Source: Escherichia phage Ptacy1496. Taken from it: a stretch of 64,000 nucleotides of DNA. Where the stretch lies: the sequence record PQ863253.1. One strand, written 5' to 3'. This document shows positions 54,042 to 64,000 of this stretch, piece by piece. The position numbers were made by a program, and so were the translations under genes. How positions within the stretch are numbered: the first letter of the stretch is position 1; each line of letters opens with the position of its first letter. The notes beneath the pieces are model-generated. The model was not told the DNA's origin and ran no database searches. It saw only the letters and a program-made list of their open reading frames with translations.

Positions 54042-57000
54042 ATGGCCGAGATTAAAAGAAAGTTCAGAGCAGAAGATGGTCTGGACGCAGGTGGCGATAA
54101 AATAATCAACGTAGCTTTAGCTGACCGTACCGTAGGAACTGACGGTGTTAACGTTGATTACTTAATTCAAGAAAACACAGTTCAGCAATATGATCCAACT
54201 CGTGGATATTTAAAAGATTTTGTAATCATTTATAATAATCGTTTTTGGGCAGCAACGGATAATATTCCAAAACCTGCTGGAAATTTTAATAGAATTCGTT
54301 GGAAAGCATTACGTACTGATGCCGTATATACAACCGTATCATCTGGACCATATCAATTAAAATCCGGAGAAGCAATTTCAGTAGATACATCAGTTGGCAA
54401 TGACATTGAGTTTACTTTACCACCTTCTCCGCTTGATGGAGAAACCGTAATAATTCAAGATATCGGTGGAAAACCTGGCATAAATCAGGTTAAAATAAAT
54501 TCTTCAAATCAGAGTATTGTCAATTTTAGAGGTGAACAGGTACGTTCAGTTTTAATGACTCATCCAAAGTCACAGATGATATTCATTTTTAATAATCGTT
54601 TGTGGCAAATGTATGTTGCTGATTATAGCAGAGAAGCTGCGATTGTTACTCCATCGACTGCGTATCAAGCACAATCTAATGATTTTATCGTACGTAGATT
54701 TACTTCTGCTGCACCAATTAATGTTAAACTTCCGAGATTTGCTAATCATGGCGATATTATTAATTTCGTTGATTTAGATAAACTGAATCCACTTTATCAT
54801 ACAATTGTTACTACATACGATGAAACGACTTCAGTACAAGAAGTTGGAACTCATTCCATTGAAGGCCGTACATCGATTGACGGTTTCTTGATGTTTGACG
54901 ATAATGAGAAATTGTGGAGATTGTTTGACGGGGATAGTAAAGCACGTTTACGCATTATAACAACTAATTCAAATATTCGTCCAAATGAAGAAGTCATGGT
55001 ATTTGGCGCGAATAATGGAACAACCCAAACAATTGAACTTCAGCTTCCGACTGATATTTCTGTTGGTGATACTGTTAAAATTTCCATGAATTACATGAGA
55101 AAAGGACAAACAGTTAAAATCAAAGCTGCTGGTGAAGATAAAATTGCTTCTTCAGTTCAATTGCTGCAATTCCCAAAACGTTCAGAATATCCGCCTGAAG
55201 CTGAATGGGTAACAGTTCAAGAATTAGTTTTTAATGGTGAAACTAATTATGTACCAGTTTTGCAACTTGCTTATATAGAAGATTCTGATGGAAAATACTG
55301 GGTTGTACAGCAAAACGTTCCAACAGTTGAAAGAGTCGATTCTTTAAATAATTCTACTAGAGCAAGATTAGGCGTAATTGCTTTAGCTACACAAGCTCAA
55401 GCAAATGCTGATTTAGAAAATTCTCCACAAAAAGAATTAGCAATTACTCCAGAAACGTTAGCTAATCGTACTGCTACTGAAACTCGCAGAGGTATTGCAA
55501 GAATAGCAACTACTGCTCAAGTAAATCAGAACACTACATTCTCTTTTGCAGATGACCTTATCATCACTCCTAAAAAGCTGAATGAAAGAACTGCTACAGA
55601 AACTCGCAGAGGTGTTGCTGAAATTGCTACGCAGCAGGAAACTAATACAGGTATCGATGATACTACAATCATCACTCCTAAAAAGCTTCAAGCTCGTCAA
55701 GGTTCTGAATCATTATCTGGTATTGTAACTTTTGTATCTACCGCAGGAGCTACTCCAGCTTCTAGTCGTGAATTAAATGGTACGAATGTTTATAATAAAA
55801 ACACTAATAATTTAGTTGTTTCACCTAAAGCTTTGGATCAGTATAAAGCTACTCCAACGCAACAAGGCGCAGTAATTTTAGCAGTTGAAAGTGAAGTAAT
55901 TGCTGGACAAAGCCAAGAAGGATGGGCAAATGCGGTTGTAACGCCAGAAACGTTACATAAAAAGACATCAACTGATGCAAGAATTGGTTTAATTGAAATT
56001 GCTACACAAAGTGAAGTTAATACAGGAACTGATTATACTCGTGCAGTCACTCCTAAAACTTTAAATGACCGTAGAGCAACTGAAAGTTTAAGTGGTATAG
56101 CTGAAATTGCTACACAGGTTGAATTCGACGCAGGCGTCGACGATACTCGTATCTCTACACCATTAAAAATTAAAACCAGATTTAATAGTACTGATCGTAC
56201 TTCTGTTGTTGCTCTATCTGGATTAGTTGAATCAGGAACTCTCTGGGACCATTATACCCTTAATATTCTTGAAGCAAATGAGACACAGCGTGGTACACTT
56301 CGTGTAGCTACACAAGTTGAAGCTGCTGCAGGAACATTAGATAATGTTTTAATAACTCCTAAAAAGCTTTTAGGTACTAAATCTACCGAATCGCAAGAAG
56401 GTGTTATTAAAGTTGCAACTCAGTCTGAAACTGTGACTGGAACGTCAGCAAATACTGCTGTATCTCCAAAAAATTTAAAATGGATTGTGCAGAGTGAACC
56501 AACTTGGGCAGCAACTACTCTGATAAGAGGGTTTGTTAAAACTTCTTCTGGTTCATTAACGTTTGTTGGTAATGATACGGTAGGTTCAACACAGCCATTA
56601 GAATCATATGAGAAAAATGGTTATGCAGTATCACCATATGAATTAAATCGCGTATTAGCAAATTATTTGCCATTAAAAGCAAAAGCTGTAGATAGTAATT
56701 TATTAGATGGTCTAGATTCGCTCCAGTTCATTCGTAGGGACATTGCACAAACAGTTAATGGTTCACTAACCTTAACCCAACAAACGAATCTGGGTGCCCC
56801 TCTTGTATCATCTAGTACTGCTACATTCGGTGGATCAGTTTCAGCAAATAGTACATTAACTATTTCTAATACTGGAACGGCAACTCGTCTGATTTTTGAG
56901 AAAGGACCTCAAACTGGAACAAACCCGGCTCAAACGATGACAGTCAGAGTGTGGGGAAATCAATTTAGCGGGGAATCAGACACAACACGTTCTACCGTAT

Positions 57001-57911
57001 TTGAAGTTAGTGATGAAACGTCTAGTCATTTTTATTCTCAGCGTAATAAAGCTGGAAATATAACATTTAATATCAACGGTACAGTAACACCGATAAATGT
57101 TAATGCTTCAGGAACATTGAATGCAAATGGTGTAGCAACATTTGGTAATTCAGTCACTGCAACTGGTGAAATTATTTCTCGAAGCGCAAATGCTTTCCGT
57201 GCTATTAACGGAAATTATGGTTTCATTGTTCGCAATGATGGATCAGTAACGAATTTTATGCTTACTGCATCGGGTGATCAGACTGGTGGATTTAATGGAT
57301 TACGTCCTTTAGCTATTAATAATGCATCTGGCCAAGTAACGATTGGTGAAAGCTTAATCATTGCCAAAGGTGCTACTATAAATTCAGGCGGTTTGACTGT
57401 TAACTCGAGAATTCGTTCTCAGGGCACTAAAACATCTGATTTATACACCCGCGCGCCAACATCTGATACAGTAGGATTCTGGTCAATCGATATTAATGAT
57501 TCAGCCACTTATAACCAGTTCCCGGGTTATTTTAAAATGGTTGAAAAAACTAATGAAGTTACTGGACTTCCATACTTAGAACGTGGTGAAGAAGTTAAAT
57601 CTCCTGGTACATTGACTCAGTTTGGTAACACACTTGATTCACTTTACCAAGATTGGATTACTTATCCAACGACCCCAGAAGCACGTACCACTCGCTGGAC
57701 ACGTACATGGCAGAAAACCAAAAACTCTTGGTCAAGTTTTGTTCAGGTATTTGACGGAGGTAACCCTCCTCAACCTTCAGATATAGGAGCGATCCCATCT
57801 GATAATGGAATAATAGGTAATCTTACTATTCGTGATTTCTTACGAATTGGTAATGTTCGCATTATTCCTGACCCAGTGAATAAAACTGTTAAATTTGAAT
57901 GGGTTGAATAA
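54042..57911 (+). CDS. 34: Long tail fibre proximal subunit gp34
   Basis: 1289 aa, T4 gp34 length; internal TPKKL/ATE-RG repeats; late promoter at 54000-54007. Confidence 0.95.
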   Translation: MAEIKRKFRAEDGLDAGGDKIINVALADRTVGTDGVNVDYLIQENTVQQYDPTRGYLKDFVIIYNNRFWAATDNIPKPAGNFNRIRWKALRTDAVYTTVSSGPYQLKSGEAISVDTSVGNDIEFTLPPSPLDGETVIIQDIGGKPGINQVKINSSNQSIVNFRGEQVRSVLMTHPKSQMIFIFNNRLWQMYVADYSREAAIVTPSTAYQAQSNDFIVRRFTSAAPINVKLPRFANHGDIINFVDLDKLNPLYHTIVTTYDETTSVQEVGTHSIEGRTSIDGFLMFDDNEKLWRLFDGDSKARLRIITTNSNIRPNEEVMVFGANNGTTQTIELQLPTDISVGDTVKISMNYMRKGQTVKIKAAGEDKIASSVQLLQFPKRSEYPPEAEWVTVQELVFNGETNYVPVLQLAYIEDSDGKYWVVQQNVPTVERVDSLNNSTRARLGVIALATQAQANADLENSPQKELAITPETLANRTATETRRGIARIATTAQVNQNTTFSFADDLIITPKKLNERTATETRRGVAEIATQQETNTGIDDTTIITPKKLQARQGSESLSGIVTFVSTAGATPASSRELNGTNVYNKNTNNLVVSPKALDQYKATPTQQGAVILAVESEVIAGQSQEGWANAVVTPETLHKKTSTDARIGLIEIATQSEVNTGTDYTRAVTPKTLNDRRATESLSGIAEIATQVEFDAGVDDTRISTPLKIKTRFNSTDRTSVVALSGLVESGTLWDHYTLNILEANETQRGTLRVATQVEAAAGTLDNVLITPKKLLGTKSTESQEGVIKVATQSETVTGTSANTAVSPKNLKWIVQSEPTWAATTLIRGFVKTSSGSLTFVGNDTVGSTQPLESYEKNGYAVSPYELNRVLANYLPLKAKAVDSNLLDGLDSLQFIRRDIAQTVNGSLTLTQQTNLGAPLVSSSTATFGGSVSANSTLTISNTGTATRLIFEKGPQTGTNPAQTMTVRVWGNQFSGESDTTRSTVFEVSDETSSHFYSQRNKAGNITFNINGTVTPINVNASGTLNANGVATFGNSVTATGEIISRSANAFRAINGNYGFIVRNDGSVTNFMLTASGDQTGGFNGLRPLAINNASGQVTIGESLIIAKGATINSGGLTVNSRIRSQGTKTSDLYTRAPTSDTVGFWSIDINDSATYNQFPGYFKMVEKTNEVTGLPYLERGEEVKSPGTLTQFGNTLDSLYQDWITYPTTPEARTTRWTRTWQKTKNSWSSFVQVFDGGNPPQPSDIGAIPSDNGIIGNLTIRDFLRIGNVRIIPDPVNKTVKFEWVE

Positions 57912-57919
57912 GAGGTATT

Positions 57920-59035
57920 ATGGAAAAATTTATGGCAGAGTTTGGACAAGGATATGTCCAAACGCCATTTTTATCGGAAAGCAATTCAGTAAGATATAAA
58001 ATAAGCATAGCGGGTTCTTGCCCGCTTTCTACTGCGGGGCCATATGTTAAATTTCAGGATAATCCCGTTGGAAATCAAACATTTAGTGCAGGTCTTCATT
58101 TAAGAGTTTTTGACCCTTCTACGGGAGCATTAGTTGATAGCAAGTCATATGCTTTTTCTGCTTCAAACAATACAACATCTGCCGCTTTTGTCAGTTTCAT
58201 GAATTCTTTGTCAAACAATAGACTTGTTGCTATATTAACTAGCGGAAAGGTTAATTTTCCTCCTGAAGTGGTATCTTGGTTAAGGGGAGCAGGAACTTCA
58301 GTTTTTCCATCAGATTCAGTATTGTCAAGATTTGACGTATCATATGCTGCTTTTTATACTTCTTCTAAAAGAGCTATTGCATTAGAGCATGTTAAACTAA
58401 GTAATAGAAAAAGCACAGATGATTATCAAACTATTTTAGATGTTGTATTTGATAGTTTAGAAGACGTCGGAGCGACAGGATTTCCAAAAAGAACTTATGA
58501 AAGTGTCGAGCAATTCATGTCAGCAGTTGGTGGAACTAATAACGAAATTGCGCGATTGCCAACTTCAGCTGCTATAAGTAAACTTTCTGACTATAATTTA
58601 ATTCCTGGTGATGTTCTTTATCTTAAAGCACAGTTATATGCTGATGCTGATTTACTTGATCTTGGAACTACAAACATATCCATTCGTTTTTATGATGCAT
58701 CAAATGGATATATTTCCTCTACCCAAGCTGAGTTTACTGGGCAAGCTGGGTCTTGGGAATTAAAAGAAGACTATGTAGTTGTTCCAGAAAACGCCGTAGG
58801 ATTTACGATATATGCACAAAGAACTGCTCAAGCAGGTCAAGGCGGCATGAGAAATTTAAGCTTTTCTGAAGTATCAAGAAATGGCGGCATTTCAAAACCT
58901 GCCGAATTTGGCGTCAACGGTATTCGCGTTAATTATGTCTGCGAATCGGCTTCACCTCCAGATATAATGGTACTTCCTACACAAGCCTCTTCTAAAACTG
59001 GCAAAGTGTTTGGGCAAGAATTTAGAGAAGTTTAA
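57920..59035 (+). CDS. 35: Long tail fibre hinge protein gp35
   Basis: 371 aa; position between 34 and 36. Confidence 0.9.
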   Translation: MEKFMAEFGQGYVQTPFLSESNSVRYKISIAGSCPLSTAGPYVKFQDNPVGNQTFSAGLHLRVFDPSTGALVDSKSYAFSASNNTTSAAFVSFMNSLSNNRLVAILTSGKVNFPPEVVSWLRGAGTSVFPSDSVLSRFDVSYAAFYTSSKRAIALEHVKLSNRKSTDDYQTILDVVFDSLEDVGATGFPKRTYESVEQFMSAVGGTNNEIARLPTSAAISKLSDYNLIPGDVLYLKAQLYADADLLDLGTTNISIRFYDASNGYISSTQAEFTGQAGSWELKEDYVVVPENAVGFTIYAQRTAQAGQGGMRNLSFSEVSRNGGISKPAEFGVNGIRVNYVCESASPPDIMVLPTQASSKTGKVFGQEFREV

Positions 59036-59040
59036 ACTGA

Positions 59041-59067
59041 GGGAGCCTTCGGGTTCCCTTTTTTTTA
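59041..59067 (+). terminator. Rho-independent terminator after gene 35
   Basis: GGGAGCC-TTCG-GGTTCCC followed by TTTTTTTT. Confidence 0.8.
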
Positions 59068-59097
59068 ATAAATAATATTAAAATAAAGGGGCATATA

Positions 59098-59748
59098 ATG
59101 GCTGATTTAAAAGTAGGTTCAACTGTAGGTGGATCTGTCATTTGGCATCAAGGAAATTTTCCATTGAATTCAGCCGGTGACGATGTACTCTACAAATCAT
59201 TTAAAATATATTCAGAATATAATAAACCGCAGGCAGCTGATAACGATTTCGTTTCTAAAGCTAATGGTGGTACTTACACCGGTCCAATTACTATTAATTA
59301 CGGGGTAAATAGTTATCTTCAATTAAGTAATAATGAAACCCCCATCCGAATTCGTTCTGGTGGCGGCACTGGTAATACTCTTGTAGTTGGTGGCTCTTCT
59401 GGCGGTATTAGTTTTAGACCAGCAGGTAGTGAAATCACTACTGGACAAATTACTATTACGCCAGAAGGTTTGACAACATTTACCAAAGCTGTAACGGCTC
59501 CATCTGTAACTGTTACATCTACTCCTTCCGCAGCATCTGATGTTACTCGCAAAGATTATGTTGATGGAGCAATAAATACTGTTACAGCAAATGCAAACTC
59601 TAGGGTATTACGCTCTGGAGACACTATGACAGGAAATTTAACTGCGCCAAACCTTTTTTCACAGAATCCTGCATCTCAACCTTCACACGTTCCACGATTT
59701 GACCAAATCGTAATTAAGGATTCTGTTCAAGATTTCGGCTATTATTAA
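59098..59748 (+). CDS. 36: Long tail fibre distal connector gp36
   Basis: 216 aa; position upstream of 37. Confidence 0.9.
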   Translation: MADLKVGSTVGGSVIWHQGNFPLNSAGDDVLYKSFKIYSEYNKPQAADNDFVSKANGGTYTGPITINYGVNSYLQLSNNETPIRIRSGGGTGNTLVVGGSSGGISFRPAGSEITTGQITITPEGLTTFTKAVTAPSVTVTSTPSAASDVTRKDYVDGAINTVTANANSRVLRSGDTMTGNLTAPNLFSQNPASQPSHVPRFDQIVIKDSVQDFGYY

Positions 59749-59756
59749 GAGGACTT

Positions 59757-62723
59757 ATGGCTACTTTAAAACAAATACAATTTAAAAGAAGCAAAACTGC
59801 GGGTCAACGTCCTGCTGCTTCAGTATTAGCCGAAGGTGAATTGGCTATAAACTTAAAAGATAAAACAATTTTCACAAAAGATGACTCAGGTAGTGTTATA
59901 GAATTAGGTTTAAAATATGGAGGAACAATTGATGGTTCTTTAACTGTTAATGGAAATATAATTGGAAATTTAACAGGTAACGCTGCAACTGCAACGAAAT
60001 TAAAAACAGCACGAAAAATTAATGGTATATCCTTTGATGGGTCAAAAGATATCACGCTAACTCCATCTGACATAAATGTCAATAGCACAACGTTTATAAA
60101 AAATAATGGCGAATTACCTGTTGATGCTAATTTAGATACGTATGGGCCTGTTGAAGAATATCTTGGAGTTTGGTCGAAAGCAACTTCAACCAACGCTCAA
60201 CCAGCAAATAAATTTCCAGAAGAAAATGCTGTAGGTGTGCTAGAAGTATTTGTGGCCGGTCAATTTGCTGGTACTCAGAGATATACAACTAGATACGGAA
60301 ATGTTTATATTCGTTCCTTGACTGCTACATGGAACGGAGTAAATGGTCCGTGGAGTGTGTGGCGAAATATTCAATCCGGTACTCGTCCACTGTCAACAAC
60401 AATTGATCTTAATGATCTAGGAGGTGCTGAACACTTTGGCTTGTGGAGGAATAGTTCAAATTCCATTGCTACCTTTGACAGAAATTTCCCAGAAGAGGGG
60501 TCGTCCGCTCAAGGTCTTTTGGAAGTATATGAAGGTGGAAACTATTCTCGCACACAGAGATATACAACCAGATTTGGTGTTGTTTATACTCGTTGTCTTG
60601 CTGCCGCGTGGGATGCTTCTGCTCCTAAATGGGGACCGTGGCAACAAGTCGGTAATGTCACACCGGCGACTTTCTATGACGGAGACCTGAATGATTTTAA
60701 AACTCCTGGGTTATATAATATTTTAGGTACTGATGCCGTTATTAACTGTCCTACAGGTGAAGGTTTGCCGACTGTTATTGTTGGTTTGCTGGAAGTTAAA
60801 CAGCGTGCTTCTGGCGGTGCTATTTTCCAAAAATTTACTACTGCCGGAACGGGTGCAACTACTCGCGATCGTATTTTTGAGCGTGCATATACCGGTGGCG
60901 CGTGGGGTACATGGAACGAAGTATATACATCTTACTCTTTGCCAATTACTTTGGGTATGGGTGGTATTAAAACTCAATTAGCGGAGCTAGATTGGCAAAC
61001 ATTTGATTTTGTTCCTGGTAGTATGTTTAGCGTTCCTTTGAACAAAATAAAGAACATGCCAGCAAATATGAATTGGGGTACAATTGACGGAAACTTAGTT
61101 ATGTTTTCTGTCGGTCCTAGCGAACACACCAGCACAGGACGTACTGTTCAGGTTTGGCGTGGTACTGTATCCCAGACAAACTACCGTTATTTTGTCGTTC
61201 GTGTGTTCGGTAATTCTGGAAATAGAACTTGCACAGTTCGCCGTGTTGTTCTTGAAGACGGATCACATACTTGGACTGCTCAACAAGATTTTAATGGTGC
61301 TGTTAACTTTGGTAGTTCAACAACGTTTAAATCAACTACAACATTTAATACAGAAGTTAAATTTCGCTCATTGAATGCATTCCGTATGTATGGCGGAAAA
61401 TTTGGTACATTTTTACGTAATGATGGAGAGAGTCTTTATATTCTTTCCACCGACGAAGATGATCAAGATGGAAACTTTAATACAAATAGACCTTTCCGTT
61501 ATGAATTAAGAACTGGTGATGTTACTTTGGGTGGTGCTAGTGGTGCTAACGTTTTAAAATTAAAACGTGATTCTCTCACCGCATTTTTTGGCGGTGATAT
61601 TAACATTAAAGGCACGATGACTTTTGACGCCGGACGTTTAGGATCACGAGATTATTTTAAATTTAACCATTGGGGTGATAGTAATAATGCGCGTGATAAC
61701 ATTATTCAGTTAGAAGACAGCAAAGGCGCTCATTTTTCAACTGAACGTACTTTAGCGACTGGTGCAATTAAGACTAAATTTTTTGGTGAAATTGAATCCG
61801 ATGGTAAATTGGTTATTAAACGTCCGGGTGATTCTATTGTATTATCAACGACTGCTAGTAATTCTTTGCATATTCGTGGTGACATAGACGGGACTGGTAA
61901 CTGGTATATTGGTAAGGGTGGTGCTGATAATTCGCTAGCATTTTATAGCTATGCTTCTCAGGCGGCAGTACATATCACAAACAATGGTGAGATTGCGTTA
62001 AACCCGCAAAATACCGCAATGGTTAACGTTAACCGTGACCGTGTACACATTAACGGTTCTGGATGGATTGCTAGACAACCGGGTGATTGGGGCAACCAAT
62101 GGCGAGTAGAAGCTCCATTATTCGTTGATCATGGTTATGTTTCACAGGATTGTTATTATCCTATTCTTAAAGCAAGAAGCGTTATAACCAATCAAGGATA
62201 TAGCACCGCTGTTGACTTTGGTATGCGTCGTATTCCATCACAGTGGGGGCAAGCAATCATTCGTGTCGGATCCACGGAGGCTTCTCCTGATGCTGGACAC
62301 CCACAAGCTGTGTTTGAATTCCATCATGATGGATTCTTTTATACACCAGGAAATGGTAGCTTTAGCGATGTGTATATTCGTTCTGACTCCCGTCTCAAGA
62401 TTAATAAAGAAGAATTAGAATATGGAGCGGTCGAAAAAGTTTGCCGACTGAAAGTTTATATTTACGATAAAGTTAAGTCTATTAAAGACCGTAGTGTTAT
62501 TAAACGTGAAGTTGGTATTATTGCTCAGGACCTTGAAAAGGAATTACCGGAAGCTGTATCTAAAGTTGAAGTTGATGGATCTGATGTTCTGACAATTTCT
62601 AACTCTGCTGTGAATGCTCTTTTAATTAAGGCTATTCAGGAAATGAGTGAAGAAATTAAAGAATTGAAAACGCCTCTCTTTACTAAAATTGCTCGCAAAA
62701 TTAGTAAATATTTTAAATTCTAA
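59757..62723 (+). CDS. 37: Long tail fibre distal subunit gp37 (T2/T6 type, C-terminal chaperone-like domain)
   Basis: 988 aa; N-terminus conserved with T4 gp37; C-terminal ~110 aa resemble an intramolecular chaperone / S74-type domain. Confidence 0.9.
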   Translation: MATLKQIQFKRSKTAGQRPAASVLAEGELAINLKDKTIFTKDDSGSVIELGLKYGGTIDGSLTVNGNIIGNLTGNAATATKLKTARKINGISFDGSKDITLTPSDINVNSTTFIKNNGELPVDANLDTYGPVEEYLGVWSKATSTNAQPANKFPEENAVGVLEVFVAGQFAGTQRYTTRYGNVYIRSLTATWNGVNGPWSVWRNIQSGTRPLSTTIDLNDLGGAEHFGLWRNSSNSIATFDRNFPEEGSSAQGLLEVYEGGNYSRTQRYTTRFGVVYTRCLAAAWDASAPKWGPWQQVGNVTPATFYDGDLNDFKTPGLYNILGTDAVINCPTGEGLPTVIVGLLEVKQRASGGAIFQKFTTAGTGATTRDRIFERAYTGGAWGTWNEVYTSYSLPITLGMGGIKTQLAELDWQTFDFVPGSMFSVPLNKIKNMPANMNWGTIDGNLVMFSVGPSEHTSTGRTVQVWRGTVSQTNYRYFVVRVFGNSGNRTCTVRRVVLEDGSHTWTAQQDFNGAVNFGSSTTFKSTTTFNTEVKFRSLNAFRMYGGKFGTFLRNDGESLYILSTDEDDQDGNFNTNRPFRYELRTGDVTLGGASGANVLKLKRDSLTAFFGGDINIKGTMTFDAGRLGSRDYFKFNHWGDSNNARDNIIQLEDSKGAHFSTERTLATGAIKTKFFGEIESDGKLVIKRPGDSIVLSTTASNSLHIRGDIDGTGNWYIGKGGADNSLAFYSYASQAAVHITNNGEIALNPQNTAMVNVNRDRVHINGSGWIARQPGDWGNQWRVEAPLFVDHGYVSQDCYYPILKARSVITNQGYSTAVDFGMRRIPSQWGQAIIRVGSTEASPDAGHPQAVFEFHHDGFFYTPGNGSFSDVYIRSDSRLKINKEELEYGAVEKVCRLKVYIYDKVKSIKDRSVIKREVGIIAQDLEKELPEAVSKVEVDGSDVLTISNSAVNALLIKAIQEMSEEIKELKTPLFTKIARKISKYFKF

Positions 62724-62729
62724 CAACAA

Positions 62730-62747
62730 GGGGGAAATGCCCCCTTT
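62730..62747 (+). terminator. Hairpin after gene 37
   Basis: GGGGG-AAATG-CCCCC followed by TTTGG. Confidence 0.6.
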
Positions 62748-62759
62748 GGAGTATAAATT

Positions 62760-63542
62760 ATGGCAGTAGTTGGTGTTCCTGGTTGGATTGGAAGTTCAGC
62801 CGCAAATGAAACAGGACAACGCTGGATGAGTCAAGCGGCTGGTCAATTAAGATTGGGTGTTCCTTGCTGGATGAGTCAATTTGCAGGTCGCTCACGAGAA
62901 ATTATTCACACGCTTGGAGCAGACCATAACTTCAATGGTCAATGGTTCCGAGATAGATGTTTTGAGGCAGGTAGTGCACCTATAGTGTTTAATATTACAG
63001 GTGATTTAGTATCATATTCTAAAGATGTTCCTTTATTCTTCATGTACGGAGATACACCAAATGAATATGTTCAGTTAAATATACATGGCGTAACGATGTA
63101 TGGTCGTGGAGGTAATGGTGGTAGCAATAGTCCTGGCTCAGCTGGGGGTCATTGTATTCAAAACGATATTGGTGGGAGACTAAGAATTAATAATGGCGGA
63201 GCTATTGCAGGCGGTGGCGGTGGCGGTGGCGGCGGATATTATTCTCCTTTTTCACAAATGAGATTGACCTTTGGCGGCGGTGGCGGTCGTCCTTTTGGTG
63301 CGCCAGGCGGATCTATTGATATGCAATCAGGCGCGACTGGTGGTACTATTTCTGCACCTGGCTCAGGATCCGTGAATGGTATCTATAATGGCGGAAACGG
63401 TGGTGAAGTAGGTTCCGCGGGAGGTAGATGCAATATTCGCGGTCAAGGATCTGAATATGATGGCGGTGCTGCTGGTTATGCTGTCATAGGGTCCGCTCCA
63501 ACATGGCAAAATGTTGGAGCAATATATGGTCCAAGAGTATAA
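62760..63542 (+). CDS. 38: gp38 receptor-recognising adhesin (T2/T6 type) with glycine-rich motifs
   Basis: 260 aa with several poly-Gly blocks ([28 protein letters not shown] etc.); unlike the 183 aa chaperone-type T4 gp38. Confidence 0.88.
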   Translation: MAVVGVPGWIGSSAANETGQRWMSQAAGQLRLGVPCWMSQFAGRSREIIHTLGADHNFNGQWFRDRCFEAGSAPIVFNITGDLVSYSKDVPLFFMYGDTPNEYVQLNIHGVTMYGRGGNGGSNSPGSAGGHCIQNDIGGRLRINNGGAIAGGGGGGGGGYYSPFSQMRLTFGGGGGRPFGAPGGSIDMQSGATGGTISAPGSGSVNGIYNGGNGGEVGSAGGRCNIRGQGSEYDGGAAGYAVIGSAPTWQNVGAIYGPRV

Positions 63543-63572
63543 TGTGAATAAATACCCTTAAAAGGAGGGTCT

Positions 63573-64000
63573 ATGGCAGCACCTAGAATATCATTTTCGC
63601 CCTCTGATATTCTATTTGGTGTTCTAGATCGCTTGTTCAAAGATAATGCTACCGGGAAAGTTCTTGCTTCCCGGGTAGCTGTCGTAATTCTTTTGTTTAT
63701 AATGGCGATTGTTTGGTATAGGGGAGATAGTTTCTTTGAGTACTATAAGCAATCAAAGTATGAAACATACAGCGAAATTATTGAAAAGGAAAGAAATGCA
63801 CGCTTTGAATCTGTCGCCCTGGAACAACTCCAGATAGTTCATATATCATCTGAGGCAGACTTTAGTGCGGTATATTCTTTCCGCCCTAAAAACTTAAACT
63901 ATTTTGTTGATATTATAGCATACGAAGGAAAATTACCTTCAACAATAAGCGAAAAATCACTTGGAGGATATCCTGTTGATAAAACTATGGATGAATATGC
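63573..64000 (+). CDS. t: Holin t, N-terminal part (continues beyond window)
   Basis: ATG 63573 preceded by AAGGAGG; N-terminal TM segment VAVVILLFIMAIVWY. Confidence 0.9.
   Translation, partial: MAAPRISFSPSDILFGVLDRLFKDNATGKVLASRVAVVILLFIMAIVWYRGDSFFEYYKQSKYETYSEIIEKERNARFESVALEQLQIVHISSEADFSAVYSFRPKNLNYFVDIIAYEGKLPSTISEKSLGGYPVDKTMDEY

Noticed and set aside
59804-60193. 129-aa minus-strand ORF inside gene 37
   Set aside because: Antisense within the tail fibre gene; neighbouring genes are all plus-strand late genes.
62752-62759. TATAAATT just upstream of gene 38 as a late promoter
   Set aside because: It abuts the start codon, leaving no leader or RBS; more likely gene 38 is co-transcribed with gene 37.

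Overview
The window is a contiguous ~64 kb stretch of a T-even (T4-like, Tequatrovirus-type) myovirus genome, recognised from protein sequences in the ORF track, conserved gene order and T4-style promoters and hairpins. Rightward late block: 3' end of terminase gene 17, tail sheath 18, tail tube 19, portal 20, prohead core 67/68, protease 21, scaffold 22, major capsid 23, vertex 24; then rnlB, hoc, inh (leftward), uvsW (rightward), uvsY (leftward), baseplate genes 25/26 (leftward) and 51/27/28/29/48/54 (rightward). A long leftward early block follows: two alt-like ADP-ribosyltransferase genes, DNA ligase 30, a run of small 30.x-type ORFs, rIII, 31, cd, pseT, a spanin pair, alc, rnlA, denA, nrdB, a mobE-like HNH gene, nrdA, td, frd, 32, segG-like, 59, 33, dsbA, rnh. 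The window ends with long tail fibre genes 34-37, an adhesin-type gene 38 and the start of holin t. It is not T4 itself: td and nrdB are uninterrupted (no group I introns), there is no ORF between 23 and 24, Hoc carries an extra Ig-like domain, gp37/gp38 are of the T2/T6 adhesin type, and extra ORFs sit between 18/19 and between frd/td. No single clearly novel multi-gene system was found. The observations most worth follow-up are an apparent frameshift in the essential portal gene 20, tandem full-length alt paralogs near a NADAR-like gene, the extra Hoc domain, and the two ORF insertions. All names rest on recalled T4 protein sequences and lengths; nothing was searched or computed beyond manual reading.
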